Shown one piece after another: positions 24,275 through 33,995 of a stretch of DNA of 48,366 nucleotides. This stretch comes from Candidatus Aminicenantes bacterium (lineage in GTDB: Bacteria; Acidobacteriota; Aminicenantia; UBA2199). Every line of letters starts with the position of its first letter. The stretch's first letter is position 1. The stretch spans positions 1 to 48,366 of the forward strand of contig JAUWNT010000001.1 of assembly GCA_030612495.1 (NCBI GenBank), given 5' to 3'. The notes under the pieces were generated by a model. The model worked only from the letters and a program-made list of their open reading frames with translations, was not told the origin of the DNA and searched no databases. The translations under genes were made by a program, and so were the position numbers.

Positions 24275-24655
24275 ATGGGAAATAAAAGAGATAAAAGATA
24301 TAATAAAAAATTTATTATAAATATAGATCACAATGGGATCGAACAGGTTGGAGTAACATCAAATATATCTGAAAACGGCATGTACATTGAATTAAATAAA
24401 AACATCTCTAATAATTCCATTATAATTCTATTACTTGCTATTGATGATGAACTTTATGAAATGAGAGGAGAAGTGAAATGGTCAGAACGAATTTCTGAAA
24501 AAGATGCCCCACGTGTGCTTAAAGGTATGGGAATTAAAATAGTAGAAGCTAATCCCGGATATATCAATTATGTAAAATGCTTAAAATATGATAATTCTGA
24601 GAATTATATCAATAAAAAAGGATTTGATAAAGATGTTTTCCTGAAACCAGATTAA
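24275..24655 (+). CDS. PilZ-domain protein (putative c-di-GMP receptor)
   Basis: N-terminal basic KRDKRYNKKF followed by VTSNISENGMYI (N.S..G motif). Size is typical of a stand-alone PilZ. GGAGG SD. Confidence 0.6.
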   Translation: MGNKRDKRYNKKFIINIDHNGIEQVGVTSNISENGMYIELNKNISNNSIIILLLAIDDELYEMRGEVKWSERISEKDAPRVLKGMGIKIVEANPGYINYVKCLKYDNSENYINKKGFDKDVFLKPD

Positions 24656-24689
24656 TATATCAAATCTTTAAAGTTAAATAAAATATTTC

Positions 24690-26183
24690 CTAAAATAGAT
24701 TTATACCAAAATTGTAAACTTTTTTGTCAATTTTTGTTTTTAATTCTTCTTTGAGTTTTTTTGCAATATTAAGAGCCTCTAAAGAAAGCCCATAAGAATA
24801 AAGGGTTAAAAAATCTTTAGCAGATTCTTCACTATTATGATATAGCTTAAGTGCAATCTCCTCTACTAAACTCTGGAGAGAGAACAAACTATCCTCAAAC
24901 TCCTGCCACTTAAGCAGCACTTTATTAATCAATTTTAAAGAATTGGACTTAATAAGCATGGCTAAACACTTAAAATTCCAATACGCTGACTTACAATCAA
25001 AATCATTTTCAGCTAATCTAAATGATTTAAGAACCCCCTTAATGCCAAAATAATATGGGATGTAAGGTGTAGATAAAGATGAGCCCAACCCTCCCCATAA
25101 AACAGCCCCTATTTCTGCTGGCATCCAGTTTCTCAATTGGATAACATCTGTATGTACAGTACTAAAAACCCCGATTGACCTTTCTTTTAACTCAGACGAT
25201 AAGGGAGTTTTGTTCATAGTATCAAATTGAGTTTTGTTGTAATAATCTCTCAAAACTCCAACCAATCGTTTAACTGTAACCTTTTTATCCGGCCTTAATA
25301 CAAAGGGATATTTCGATAAACCAGGAAGCTGTGGCATAGATGGCGTTAGAAGATTCTGAACTCTCCAGACTCTTCTTGTGTTATAGAATTTGTTTTTTAT
25401 CCTTCTATTCCTCCCAAAAGTTCTTGAAAAGTTTAAAGGCCCTTTGTTAGGATCCCAAAGACCTTTTCTAATCGTATAATCTTTTAAATAGGAAGGAAAA
25501 ATAAAATTTTCTCTATCATTAAAATCAATATCCCCAATCCTGTATCCATTTGCTACAACAAGATAGCTATTATCAGGAACTCTTTGGGCTACCCAACATT
25601 TTCCACCTCCGCCCTCTATATACCACACTTCATTAGGATCAGCCACGCCAACTCCACTAGGATAGGATATTCCATACTTTGAGTACATCTCACCGATTAA
25701 CTCAACACATTCTCTTGCACTCTTAGATCTTTGTAATGCAATATAGCGGACATATCCGCTCACCCCTGCTTTTATAATTGGATCTGCTTCCTTTGCTTTT
25801 ATATTTCTATCTTCCTTAAGTGAAACTCCCCCAGCAATTGATACCTGAAACTGGTTTATTGCTACAGCATCTCCTTCAGAATAGCCATAATAACATTCCA
25901 TAATTAACATTCTATAAGTCTGTTTTGCTTGAGGTATTATTAATCCATTTTTAAACAAAATCTTATCTTCTGGTTTATGTTTACTCTCTGGAACGATTTT
26001 AATCAATGAGGAGATGCTTCCCGGAAGGTCATTATTATGTGCAAGAAGAATTGAACCATCTTTTGTTGAATTTTTTCCACATAGAATCATTGTACAGGCA
26101 TTGATATTACTATTTATATGTAGGAAAAACAGAAAGAGAACAAAAATAGATAATCCAAAAAACAGGAAATTCTTTTTTTTCAT
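24690..26183 (-). CDS. Secreted peptidase family C69 dipeptidase (Ntn-hydrolase, N-terminal Cys nucleophile)
   Basis: Signal peptide, then ACTMILCGKNSTKDGSILLAHNND. The Cys follows the predicted cleavage site, as in C69. Further motif: VWYIEGGGG. Confidence 0.75.
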   Translation of the reverse strand: MKKKNFLFFGLSIFVLFLFFLHINSNINACTMILCGKNSTKDGSILLAHNNDLPGSISSLIKIVPESKHKPEDKILFKNGLIIPQAKQTYRMLIMECYYGYSEGDAVAINQFQVSIAGGVSLKEDRNIKAKEADPIIKAGVSGYVRYIALQRSKSARECVELIGEMYSKYGISYPSGVGVADPNEVWYIEGGGGKCWVAQRVPDNSYLVVANGYRIGDIDFNDRENFIFPSYLKDYTIRKGLWDPNKGPLNFSRTFGRNRRIKNKFYNTRRVWRVQNLLTPSMPQLPGLSKYPFVLRPDKKVTVKRLVGVLRDYYNKTQFDTMNKTPLSSELKERSIGVFSTVHTDVIQLRNWMPAEIGAVLWGGLGSSLSTPYIPYYFGIKGVLKSFRLAENDFDCKSAYWNFKCLAMLIKSNSLKLINKVLLKWQEFEDSLFSLQSLVEEIALKLYHNSEESAKDFLTLYSYGLSLEALNIAKKLKEELKTKIDKKVYNFGINLF

Positions 26184-26189
26184 ATTCTT

Positions 26190-26218
26190 ATAATAAATAT
26201 ATAAAAATAAAATGTCAA
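26190..26218 (-). promoter_or_regulatory. Candidate sigma-70 promoter placed for a leaderless C69 dipeptidase transcript
   Basis: On the minus strand: TTGACA (26218-26213), 17-nt spacer, TATTAT (26195-26190), 6 nt (aagaat), ATG at 26183. No SD. Confidence 0.5.
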
Positions 26219-26295
26219 AGATAGAATATTAATGCAACTCCAATCCAAAGCTATTGACTTTTTATAGATTTTAACTAATATATAATATTAATAAA

Positions 26296-27510
26296 ATGAG
26301 ATCCAATCTAAGAAAAGATAAAATTTATAATATTTTAAAAATAAGTAAAGAATTAAACCTTTTGAAAGACCTTGATTCTCTTTTAGATCGTGTATTAATG
26401 GAAGCGAGAGATTCAGTCAATGCTGATGCAGGAACAATATATCTTACCGAAGGCAATCAACTTACATTTAACTACTTCCAAAACGATACTCTCTTCAAAA
26501 AAGATCTCACAAGTAAACGTTATATATACTCAAAACAAAAATTAGAGATCAATCACAATTCAATTGCAGGATACGTTGCTGAAACAAAAGAACCATTAAT
26601 AATCGATGATGTTTATAAAATAAAGGCGACTCCCCCCTATTCTTTTAATCCCGAATTCGACAAAAAATCTTCATATAAAACCAAAACCGTTCTTACAGTA
26701 CCTTTAATAACAGCTCGCAATAAATTAATTGGGGTTATGCAAATCATTAATCCTAAAAACAAAAAAGGGTTAATTACATCCTTTACAAAGAACGATACAC
26801 TTTTTGTAACCTATTTTGCCAGTCATGCAGCAGTTGCAATTGAGAAGGCAATAATGACAAGAGAGATTATACTAAGGATGATTAAAATGTCTGAAATGAG
26901 AGACCCAAAAGAAACAGGGACTCATGTTAACCGTGTTGGAGCTTACTCAATTGAAATTTACCATAAATGGGCATTAGATCACAGAATTTCAAGCAAGGAG
27001 ATTAAAATAAACAAAGATTTATTAAGAATTGCTGCCATGCTTCATGATGTGGGGAAAATTGGAGTTAGTGATACAATATTAAAAAAAGAAGACAATTTAA
27101 CTGATAAAGAATTTTCCCAGATGAAAATGCACACAATATTTGGAGCTCGCCTCTTTAAAGATTCTACTTCCGATTGGGATGATATGGCAAAAGAAATTAC
27201 TATAAGTCACCATGAGCGATGGGATGGTAAAGGATACCCTGGTCACATAAACAATATATTAAAAAAAAATATAGTTTTTGGACCAGGCAAGAAGGAAGAG
27301 GAAATTCCTCTAAGTGGGAGGATCGTCGCTTTAGCTGATGTTTATGATGCTTTAACTTCCTCAAGAATTTATAAACAACCTTGGTCTGAGCAGGGTGTAA
27401 AGGATTATATAGAAAAAGAAAGAGGTGCTCATTTTGATCCTTCAGTAGTGGATGCATTTTTTTCAATTTATGACATTATTAAAGCTATTCAAGAAAAATA
27501 TTCATATTGA
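26296..27510 (+). CDS. GAF domain + HD-GYP domain protein (putative c-di-GMP phosphodiesterase)
   Basis: N-terminal GAF-like region (DAGTIYL...LTVPLI...GVMQIIN). HD-GYP motifs: HVNRVG, AAMLHDVGKIGVSDTIL, HHERWDGKGYPG, ALADVYDALTSSRIYK. Confidence 0.85.
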   Translation: MRSNLRKDKIYNILKISKELNLLKDLDSLLDRVLMEARDSVNADAGTIYLTEGNQLTFNYFQNDTLFKKDLTSKRYIYSKQKLEINHNSIAGYVAETKEPLIIDDVYKIKATPPYSFNPEFDKKSSYKTKTVLTVPLITARNKLIGVMQIINPKNKKGLITSFTKNDTLFVTYFASHAAVAIEKAIMTREIILRMIKMSEMRDPKETGTHVNRVGAYSIEIYHKWALDHRISSKEIKINKDLLRIAAMLHDVGKIGVSDTILKKEDNLTDKEFSQMKMHTIFGARLFKDSTSDWDDMAKEITISHHERWDGKGYPGHINNILKKNIVFGPGKKEEEIPLSGRIVALADVYDALTSSRIYKQPWSEQGVKDYIEKERGAHFDPSVVDAFFSIYDIIKAIQEKYSY

Positions 27511-27544
27511 TTATAAAAATAAGGATATTAATTCAAAATTTAGC

Positions 27545-29116
27545 TTAGAAACTAAATTTAATCCTGGTATACAACCTGGTCTCAAATTCTTTATAAGAAA
27601 TATTTTTTATATTCCCTTTCCTATTAATCCCTTCTAAAGATAATTCGAAAATTAAAGGAGCTGAAGGCAGTTTAAATCCAAAAGAGACCCCGGAGATCAA
27701 TCTTGAATCATTTATATCAAAATCATCAATAACATTAACTTGATGACGATCCATCCCTTCAATTGAATTAAAACAATAATATTTAATTTTCCCTCTAAAT
27801 TTGAAATTATGATAAGAAAGAGTAAAATCCGATGATATTGTGAGACCTAAAGCATAATAATATCCGTGATTTTTTAAAGTGGATTTTGCCCCTGATATAT
27901 CATATTGGCTTGAATATTTATTCATAGCAAAAGAATTGATCAAAGCAAAATTAACATAAGCATCAGCTCTTAATCTTAATTTTAAACTACCTGAAAAAAT
28001 CGAACAACTAAAAAAAGGTCCAAACAGATTCATTACAGCCAATTTATCAGAGAAGTTGGCAGGGAAACTCACATTCTCAGTTTCATCTGAATCATCTGAG
28101 GAAAAAGAAATCTCTTTAAAGAGTTCAAACCCAGTTGCAGCTCCCCAAAAAAGGTTACTCCCTTTTAAACCATTTGACGATTTCTTCCTGATATCATGTT
28201 TAAAATGACCAAATAAAGCTACCTTTGCTAAAGCATTATATTCCTTAACTCCTGTAGAGCTGAAATTTATATCAAAAAAAAACTCACTTGAATAAACATC
28301 TTTGACAAACCGACTAAATTTTCCAGGTTCTTCAAGTTCTGGAACATTTATAATCTCAGTTTCAAGCCCAATATTTAAGCGCACATAATCATAACCCTTT
28401 TCAGGTTCAAAACCCTTTTCTTGGCCTAAAAAAAAATTAAATTCATGCCATGGAACTTTATAATCTATAATAGAATTCTTTTTTTTCTTCCGGTCCAGCC
28501 AATTATTAAAATATAAAATTGGGTTGAAAACAAAAGTTAAAATCTTATTTATTGTACCTGATTTTTTACTGAAATAATTACTTAATTGGAATAAGGATTC
28601 ACCAATACTAGGTCCACCAAAAGATGTAAAAATATTATCATTTACAGAAACTACCTCTCTCCACTCCACTAAATATTCCCAATATAGAGAAGCAACTGAT
28701 GTAAATATAAATGACTCTAACCATGTATGATTATTTGAGCGAGAGAAATTATAATATAGTGCACCTGAAAGAGAATGAGTCCAATTCGTTGTAAATTCGT
28801 TATCATCAAATCTATTTGCATCAAGAGTAAATAACCTCATTTTTTGATCTTCCCATCTTAATCTGAACTGCCAATCTTCTATCCAATCAGTATAGTTGAT
28901 CCAATAATTTGTTTGTGAAATTGCTATAAGTGCATAACATTCTAGAATAGCACGGCCCAATTTTTTCTTTTTTTCTAAGACTTGTTTTGAACGCAAAGAG
29001 AGTTCAAACCCGTGTATATTAAAATCCTTAGAATCAATAATATTCTCTGTTCCCTTATAACAAAACAGGTTCAAGGATAATATAAACACAGATATAAAAA
29101 AGACAATTTTTCTCAT
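27545..29116 (-). CDS. Secreted / outer-membrane-like hypothetical protein (possibly DUF3943-like N-terminal region + beta-rich C-terminus ending in F)
   Basis: Signal peptide MRKIVFFISVFILSLNLF. WEYLVEWREVVSVNDNIFTSFGGPSIGE segment. The C-terminal half alternates hydrophobic residues and ends ...RIKFSF, like a beta-barrel terminus. Confidence 0.4.
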   Translation of the reverse strand: MRKIVFFISVFILSLNLFCYKGTENIIDSKDFNIHGFELSLRSKQVLEKKKKLGRAILECYALIAISQTNYWINYTDWIEDWQFRLRWEDQKMRLFTLDANRFDDNEFTTNWTHSLSGALYYNFSRSNNHTWLESFIFTSVASLYWEYLVEWREVVSVNDNIFTSFGGPSIGESLFQLSNYFSKKSGTINKILTFVFNPILYFNNWLDRKKKKNSIIDYKVPWHEFNFFLGQEKGFEPEKGYDYVRLNIGLETEIINVPELEEPGKFSRFVKDVYSSEFFFDINFSSTGVKEYNALAKVALFGHFKHDIRKKSSNGLKGSNLFWGAATGFELFKEISFSSDDSDETENVSFPANFSDKLAVMNLFGPFFSCSIFSGSLKLRLRADAYVNFALINSFAMNKYSSQYDISGAKSTLKNHGYYYALGLTISSDFTLSYHNFKFRGKIKYYCFNSIEGMDRHQVNVIDDFDINDSRLISGVSFGFKLPSAPLIFELSLEGINRKGNIKNISYKEFETRLYTRIKFSF

Positions 29117-29233
29117 TAATATATCTTTAAACTAAGTGATTTAAATAGAAAAATAAATATCATAATTGCTTTCCAATGTCAAATTGATAGATATACAATT
29201 AAGATATCTTAAGCAACAAAGTCGTTAACAATT

Positions 29234-29890
29234 TTAATTGCTCTCAATTTCACCCAATAGAGTAATTGCATCATTATAATAGAAAGATTGGGGGAAATCA
29301 TTAGTTAAATTTTTTAAATTAGAAATAGCAAGTTTTTTATGACCCATTTTTAACTGGATCTTAGCAACTTTTAATAAAATAAAATCCTTTGATATTTCTA
29401 AATCTCTGTCTATCAAAAGCTCATTAAATAATTTAATAGCCTCTTTATGTTTATTCATGCTATTTGAAATTTCAGCTTTGAGTAATATCTTTTCATCATT
29501 GACCAATTTAATCTTACTCTTAGAAGATTCATCAATAATTTGCCTGGCAGTCTTCATTTCACCCTCTTCAAAATAGATTGAAGCTATGAATAAATCAATT
29601 ACTGAAGAAATACCTCTTTTAGGCTTTAATTTTTTTAATTCTGTTAATTTCTCACCTGAACTCAGTGTGTCTGAGCTCTTTATGCTAAAAGCTCTTGCAT
29701 ACAAATTGTTCTCATTTGAAATTGACTTTGATCTAAAAAATATAAAAATTACTATAACTAATACAATTACAATAAGAACCCCTCCGCCAAGCAATACCCA
29801 TTTTTTAGATTTATTAAATAGTTCTATTATTTTTCCAATAAAGTCTACAAATGGATCTTCTTTAAGATGTTCTCTTTCCTTTCTTTTCAT
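29234..29890 (-). CDS. Membrane-anchored TPR-like protein (YfgM-like architecture)
   Basis: One TM helix (WVLLGGGVLIVIVLVIVIFIFF), then helical-repeat segments (ASIYFEEGEMKTARQII, EAIKLFNELL, LKMGHKKLAISNLKNL). Confidence 0.5.
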   Translation of the reverse strand: MKRKEREHLKEDPFVDFIGKIIELFNKSKKWVLLGGGVLIVIVLVIVIFIFFRSKSISNENNLYARAFSIKSSDTLSSGEKLTELKKLKPKRGISSVIDLFIASIYFEEGEMKTARQIIDESSKSKIKLVNDEKILLKAEISNSMNKHKEAIKLFNELLIDRDLEISKDFILLKVAKIQLKMGHKKLAISNLKNLTNDFPQSFYYNDAITLLGEIESN

Positions 29891-29983
29891 TTTTTATCCT
29901 TATATAAGTTTCGATATTAGCATTTTAATATATTAGTGTCAAGATATATCCAGCTTTTATAACCAAAACCTACAAGAATATTA

Positions 29984-31504
29984 TCACTTACAAAATTTCA
30001 TGAATTTCTTAATTTTCTTGCTTTCAGGAAATAATTCTAAAGCCTCTGATACTATTTGAATCAAGTTTCCCTTATCACCCTTGGATTTATATATTTTAAT
30101 CAGCTCCAGAAAGTTTTTCTCTGATTTTTTCAAAAAGAGTGCACTTAATGCATACATCTCAGCTTTGCTTAACTGTTCCATATGTGAATATATTTTAGAC
30201 ATTAAATAATGAAACTCCGATACAAAAGGGTTTACTTCCAACAGATCTTGCAATTTCTCGAAAGTTTCTTTTATATTCCCTGAATTATATAGATTTTTTA
30301 TCTTACTTACTTCTAAAGAATAATCTATCCTTTTCTTAAATTCAAAATCGAATATACTTTTTAAACTTAATTGAATATCAGGTTCATCATCACCCATATA
30401 AATATCTGGAATATAACTTTTAAAAACACTAAAAAGTAAATCTTCTTTATCATTTTTTGACAAAAAATATGAGAACAAATCAATCAGTTTTTTCTCATCA
30501 GGAAAATAAAAAAGAGCTATATTTAATACTTCAGATGCCCTTTCCTTGTATTTAGTGATTAACAATAACTTTATATAATTTAAATATACAATAGAATCCT
30601 TTCTCACATTCAAAGAATGTATAAAATGTTTTTCAGCAAGTTCACATTTCTTTTCTTTGAGATATAAAACTCCTAGATTATTATTTGCTTCAGCATCAAA
30701 TTGATTTTCTTTTAACAATCGTTTAAACTCATTCTTTGCGCCCCTTAAATCTCCTTTGTAATAATATAGAAGGGCAATTAGAAAGCTTTTCTCGTACTTG
30801 AAAAAAAATTTGTTTGAAATCTTACCTAAAAATATCTCCAATTTATTAAACTCACCTTCATATAAATAACATTTACTGAGTTCAAAATTTAAAAAATCAG
30901 AAAATAAATTCACTTTATATGCTTTTTCAAATAATTTAACCCTGCCTGAGACATCGTTTAAAAGAAATCCTTTGATAAAGATCTCATACCCCTTATTGCT
31001 TAGATTTAATTCAGGGTAAGATACATCCTTTTTATTTCTATTAAAGTACTTTAATATATAATTCAATAATTCATTTTGTATTTTAAATAAATCTTTCACA
31101 TCCCCTTTAATCAAAGGAAAATATTTTTGGGTACGTTTTTTCAAATCAATTATATAAGAGTTCACCTCTACTAATGATTGACTATCTACCTTTGAAGATA
31201 ATATTTCGCCTCCAATTATTATGTTAGCATTAAAATCCACAGCAAGTTTTATTTTACTTGCTTTTGTTATATTATATGGAAAATCAATATTATTTAGATT
31301 AAGAATAGATTTAACTTTATCATCTTGCAGAGCCTTCACAGAATTCATTTGCAAACTTGTTGTTAGATAAAATGAGATTGCCCTACCTAACCATTGATGA
31401 GCTTTTTTTTCGCCAGGATCTACTTCAAAGGGGAAAACAATTACTTGAGCTGTGATAAAAGAATATAGAAAAAAAATAAAAATAATAAAAAATATCTTTT
31501 TCAT
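29984..31504 (-). CDS. Secreted TPR-repeat protein
   Basis: Signal peptide MKKIFFIIFIFFLYSFITAQ. TPR motifs: ALLYYYKGDLRGAKNEFKRLLKEN, NNLGVLYLKEKKCELAEKHFIHSL, MSKIYSHMEQLSKAEMYALSA. Start is 4 nt after the upstream gene's stop. Confidence 0.65.
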   Translation of the reverse strand: MKKIFFIIFIFFLYSFITAQVIVFPFEVDPGEKKAHQWLGRAISFYLTTSLQMNSVKALQDDKVKSILNLNNIDFPYNITKASKIKLAVDFNANIIIGGEILSSKVDSQSLVEVNSYIIDLKKRTQKYFPLIKGDVKDLFKIQNELLNYILKYFNRNKKDVSYPELNLSNKGYEIFIKGFLLNDVSGRVKLFEKAYKVNLFSDFLNFELSKCYLYEGEFNKLEIFLGKISNKFFFKYEKSFLIALLYYYKGDLRGAKNEFKRLLKENQFDAEANNNLGVLYLKEKKCELAEKHFIHSLNVRKDSIVYLNYIKLLLITKYKERASEVLNIALFYFPDEKKLIDLFSYFLSKNDKEDLLFSVFKSYIPDIYMGDDEPDIQLSLKSIFDFEFKKRIDYSLEVSKIKNLYNSGNIKETFEKLQDLLEVNPFVSEFHYLMSKIYSHMEQLSKAEMYALSALFLKKSEKNFLELIKIYKSKGDKGNLIQIVSEALELFPESKKIKKFMKFCK

Positions 31505-31507
31505 TTT

Positions 31508-33184
31508 TTAATGTTCATAAAAGCTTTTCAAAAAAGCTTTTAAAAAATTGGCTCCAGTTAATTCAGCTTTACCTGCTCTTTCAAGCCTAAAAGCAAATGC
31601 ATATTGAGGACTTTCAGCAGGGAAAAAACCAATTAAGACTGAATCAAACCCAAATTTTCTTTTCCCGGATGTCCCAGTTTTTAAAGCAACTTTCACAAAA
31701 TCAACTTTTGAACGGTGGCCAGTACCTTTTTTGTTTTCTACCACATCTATCATTGCCTTCTTTATTTTTTGAAAAACTGAATAATCACTGTCAATTTTAA
31801 TTATTCTTGGTTTATGGTTATAAAAACCAAGTTTCAATACATTCTTAATGTTTTTTACTAAATAAGGTGAATAAATCGAACCATTTTGAGAAATTATTGC
31901 TGAAATTAAAGCAGCATGAAAAGTGGTAATTTTTATCTCTTCAAGCCCAACAGATAATTTAGCCAATTGAAAGTCCTTTGAAATTTTTTCTTTATATTTC
32001 CCAGTATTAAAAGAAAGAAATAAGTCATTCAATCCATTTGTATTAAAATAGAACTTTTTATAAGTATCCGAAATTTTACTAAATCCTACAGAAAAAGCCA
32101 TCTTAGAAAATGCGATATTGCAGGAAACAGCAAGAGCTTCTCTATAAGTTTTTACATTTCCATGTTTTTTCCAATCATAAAAAATTCTATTATCAAGCGT
32201 TATATTCCCCTTACAAAAGAACGGGAAAATTTCATTGTGAGGGTATTTTAAATAAGAGAAAAGTGTGAGAACTTTTACAATCGAAGCTGGCTCATACTCT
32301 TGAGAAAAGACAGCATCCCTTATTTTTTGATTAAAAGGCTTGGAATAAGCAGCAATTATACTATTATCACTTAAATTGAATAAAAGAAAAGTTCCAAAAA
32401 ATTTCTTAAATAATTTATGTAGTTTGTTCTGGATTTTAGTATCAATTGTCAATTTGTAAAATTTTATTCCATCTTTAAAATAAAAATTGAACTTATCAAA
32501 ATTAATACCTGGGATTAAAGAATCTGTGTTTCCATTTTTTTGGTTATAATAAGCAATAGCTTTTCCATTAATATCAAAAATATAATTTATTCTTCCAGAT
32601 TTCAATTCAGTATTTATCTTTTTAACAATTTTTAAGGCTTTTCTTTCTCTTTTTAAACTATTTACAGATATCTTATCTATTAATTTTGACGATCTATAAT
32701 AATCAAAAGATGCTGTCATATACAATATTTTGAAAAATCCTACATCCTCACCTTTTTTTGCTAAGTAATCTACATAAATTCTTAATTTTTTATACTCAGC
32801 ATTATCTAAAAAATAATTCAGGAATTTTTCAAATTTAATAAAAGTTCCTTTAGCATGTAAATTATCAAAAATACGGCTTGCCGAAAAATAATCTCCTTTA
32901 AAAAGATGTATAAGTGCTCTTAACTCTTTTTGAGTTTTCCTAAAAAACAATGTATTTTCAACCTTTTTAAATGTGTTTAAAGCCTTTTCTGTTTTATTTT
33001 TCAACAGTAAAGTCTCGATTTTTTCTATCTTTCTGTATGATTGAAATATACTAAAGAGAAAATAAAAAATAATAATGATTAAAATCGCAAAAACAAACCT
33101 TAATCGCCTGAAACGTTTATATCTACGTTTTTTCTTAAATGAAAAAGAGATATCCTTGTAATCAATAATCATATAAAAAAACAA
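31508..33184 (-). CDS. Penicillin-binding-protein-type transpeptidase with N-terminal TM anchor and helical-repeat region
   Basis: LTIDTKIQNKL (class-B-like linker), EPASIVKVLT (SxxK), AVSCNIAF (SxN), ALKTGTSG (KTG). The start could instead be the ATG at 33172 (MIIDYK...). Confidence 0.7.
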   Translation of the reverse strand: MFFYMIIDYKDISFSFKKKRRYKRFRRLRFVFAILIIIIFYFLFSIFQSYRKIEKIETLLLKNKTEKALNTFKKVENTLFFRKTQKELRALIHLFKGDYFSASRIFDNLHAKGTFIKFEKFLNYFLDNAEYKKLRIYVDYLAKKGEDVGFFKILYMTASFDYYRSSKLIDKISVNSLKRERKALKIVKKINTELKSGRINYIFDINGKAIAYYNQKNGNTDSLIPGINFDKFNFYFKDGIKFYKLTIDTKIQNKLHKLFKKFFGTFLLFNLSDNSIIAAYSKPFNQKIRDAVFSQEYEPASIVKVLTLFSYLKYPHNEIFPFFCKGNITLDNRIFYDWKKHGNVKTYREALAVSCNIAFSKMAFSVGFSKISDTYKKFYFNTNGLNDLFLSFNTGKYKEKISKDFQLAKLSVGLEEIKITTFHAALISAIISQNGSIYSPYLVKNIKNVLKLGFYNHKPRIIKIDSDYSVFQKIKKAMIDVVENKKGTGHRSKVDFVKVALKTGTSGKRKFGFDSVLIGFFPAESPQYAFAFRLERAGKAELTGANFLKAFLKSFYEH

Positions 33185-33187
33185 ACC

Positions 33188-33784
33188 TCATTTTATCCTG
33201 CTATTTTTCTTATTACTTTTCACAAAGAACTCTTTTTCTAATACCTCAGCTATTGTATGCAATATAAACAGATGGGCTTCCTGTATTATTGGAGTATCAT
33301 TTGAATCAACTGAAATAATAACATCTATTCCTAATTTTTTAAAAAGCTCTACATTTTTTCCACACAACACAATTGTTTTCAATTTCAGCTTCTTTGAAAT
33401 TGTTAATGCTTCAATTACATTTTTTGATTTCCCACTTGTTGTTATGCCAATAGAAATATCATTTTTGTTACCAATTGCTTGTATCTGCTTTGAAAATACA
33501 TATTTAAAATCAAAATCATTTGCAATTGATGTTAAATTGGCAATATCTGAAGTTAAAGCTATGGCAGGTAATCCTTCCCTTTCAAAATAAAACTTATTAA
33601 CAAGTTCCGAAGCAAAATGTGAAGATTGAGTTGCAGAACCTCCATTTCCAAATACCAGTATTTTATTACCTTCTTTCAAAAAAGATTTGACCAATTCAAT
33701 TGCTTTAAAAATATCCTTATTCTCTTTTAAGCTATTAAGAATCATTACCCTTACATCAATCTTACTTTGAAACTGATCTTGCAA
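33188..33784 (-). CDS. gmhA: SIS-domain phosphoheptose isomerase (GmhA/DiaA family)
   Basis: ILVFGNGGSATQSSHFASELVNKF, LPAIALTSD, LTSIANDFDF..VFSKQIQA, ITTSGKSKNVIEA. GGAGG SD, TTG start. Confidence 0.8.
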   Translation of the reverse strand: MQDQFQSKIDVRVMILNSLKENKDIFKAIELVKSFLKEGNKILVFGNGGSATQSSHFASELVNKFYFEREGLPAIALTSDIANLTSIANDFDFKYVFSKQIQAIGNKNDISIGITTSGKSKNVIEALTISKKLKLKTIVLCGKNVELFKKLGIDVIISVDSNDTPIIQEAHLFILHTIAEVLEKEFFVKSNKKNSRIK

Positions 33785-33995
33785 TATTAGCCTCCTCCAT
33801 TTTTATTTATAAAACTATATTTAAAAAAATATATTTTATATTTATTCATAAACTAAAAAATAAGTTTTTTTTTATATTTTGTCAAGAGAAAATAAAAAAA
33901 TATATTTTAATTACTTGAATTATTTTTAGGTATATAATATATATAATATATAAAAAGCGTTTTAATTTTTTATAAATTGTATTATTAAGGATGTT

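Noticed and set aside
26254-26295. Leaderless-type promoter for the GAF/HD-GYP gene
   Set aside because: TTGACT at 26254-59 is present, but the best TATAAT (26281-86) is 21 nt away and 9 nt from the ATG. The geometry does not match the six clean cases, so it was left out.
33785-33995. TATATAAT-rich tract (tatataatatatataatatata) as a microsatellite or regulatory repeat
   Set aside because: This is simple AT low-complexity sequence that probably just provides -10-like boxes. It has no defined periodicity beyond TA repeats.
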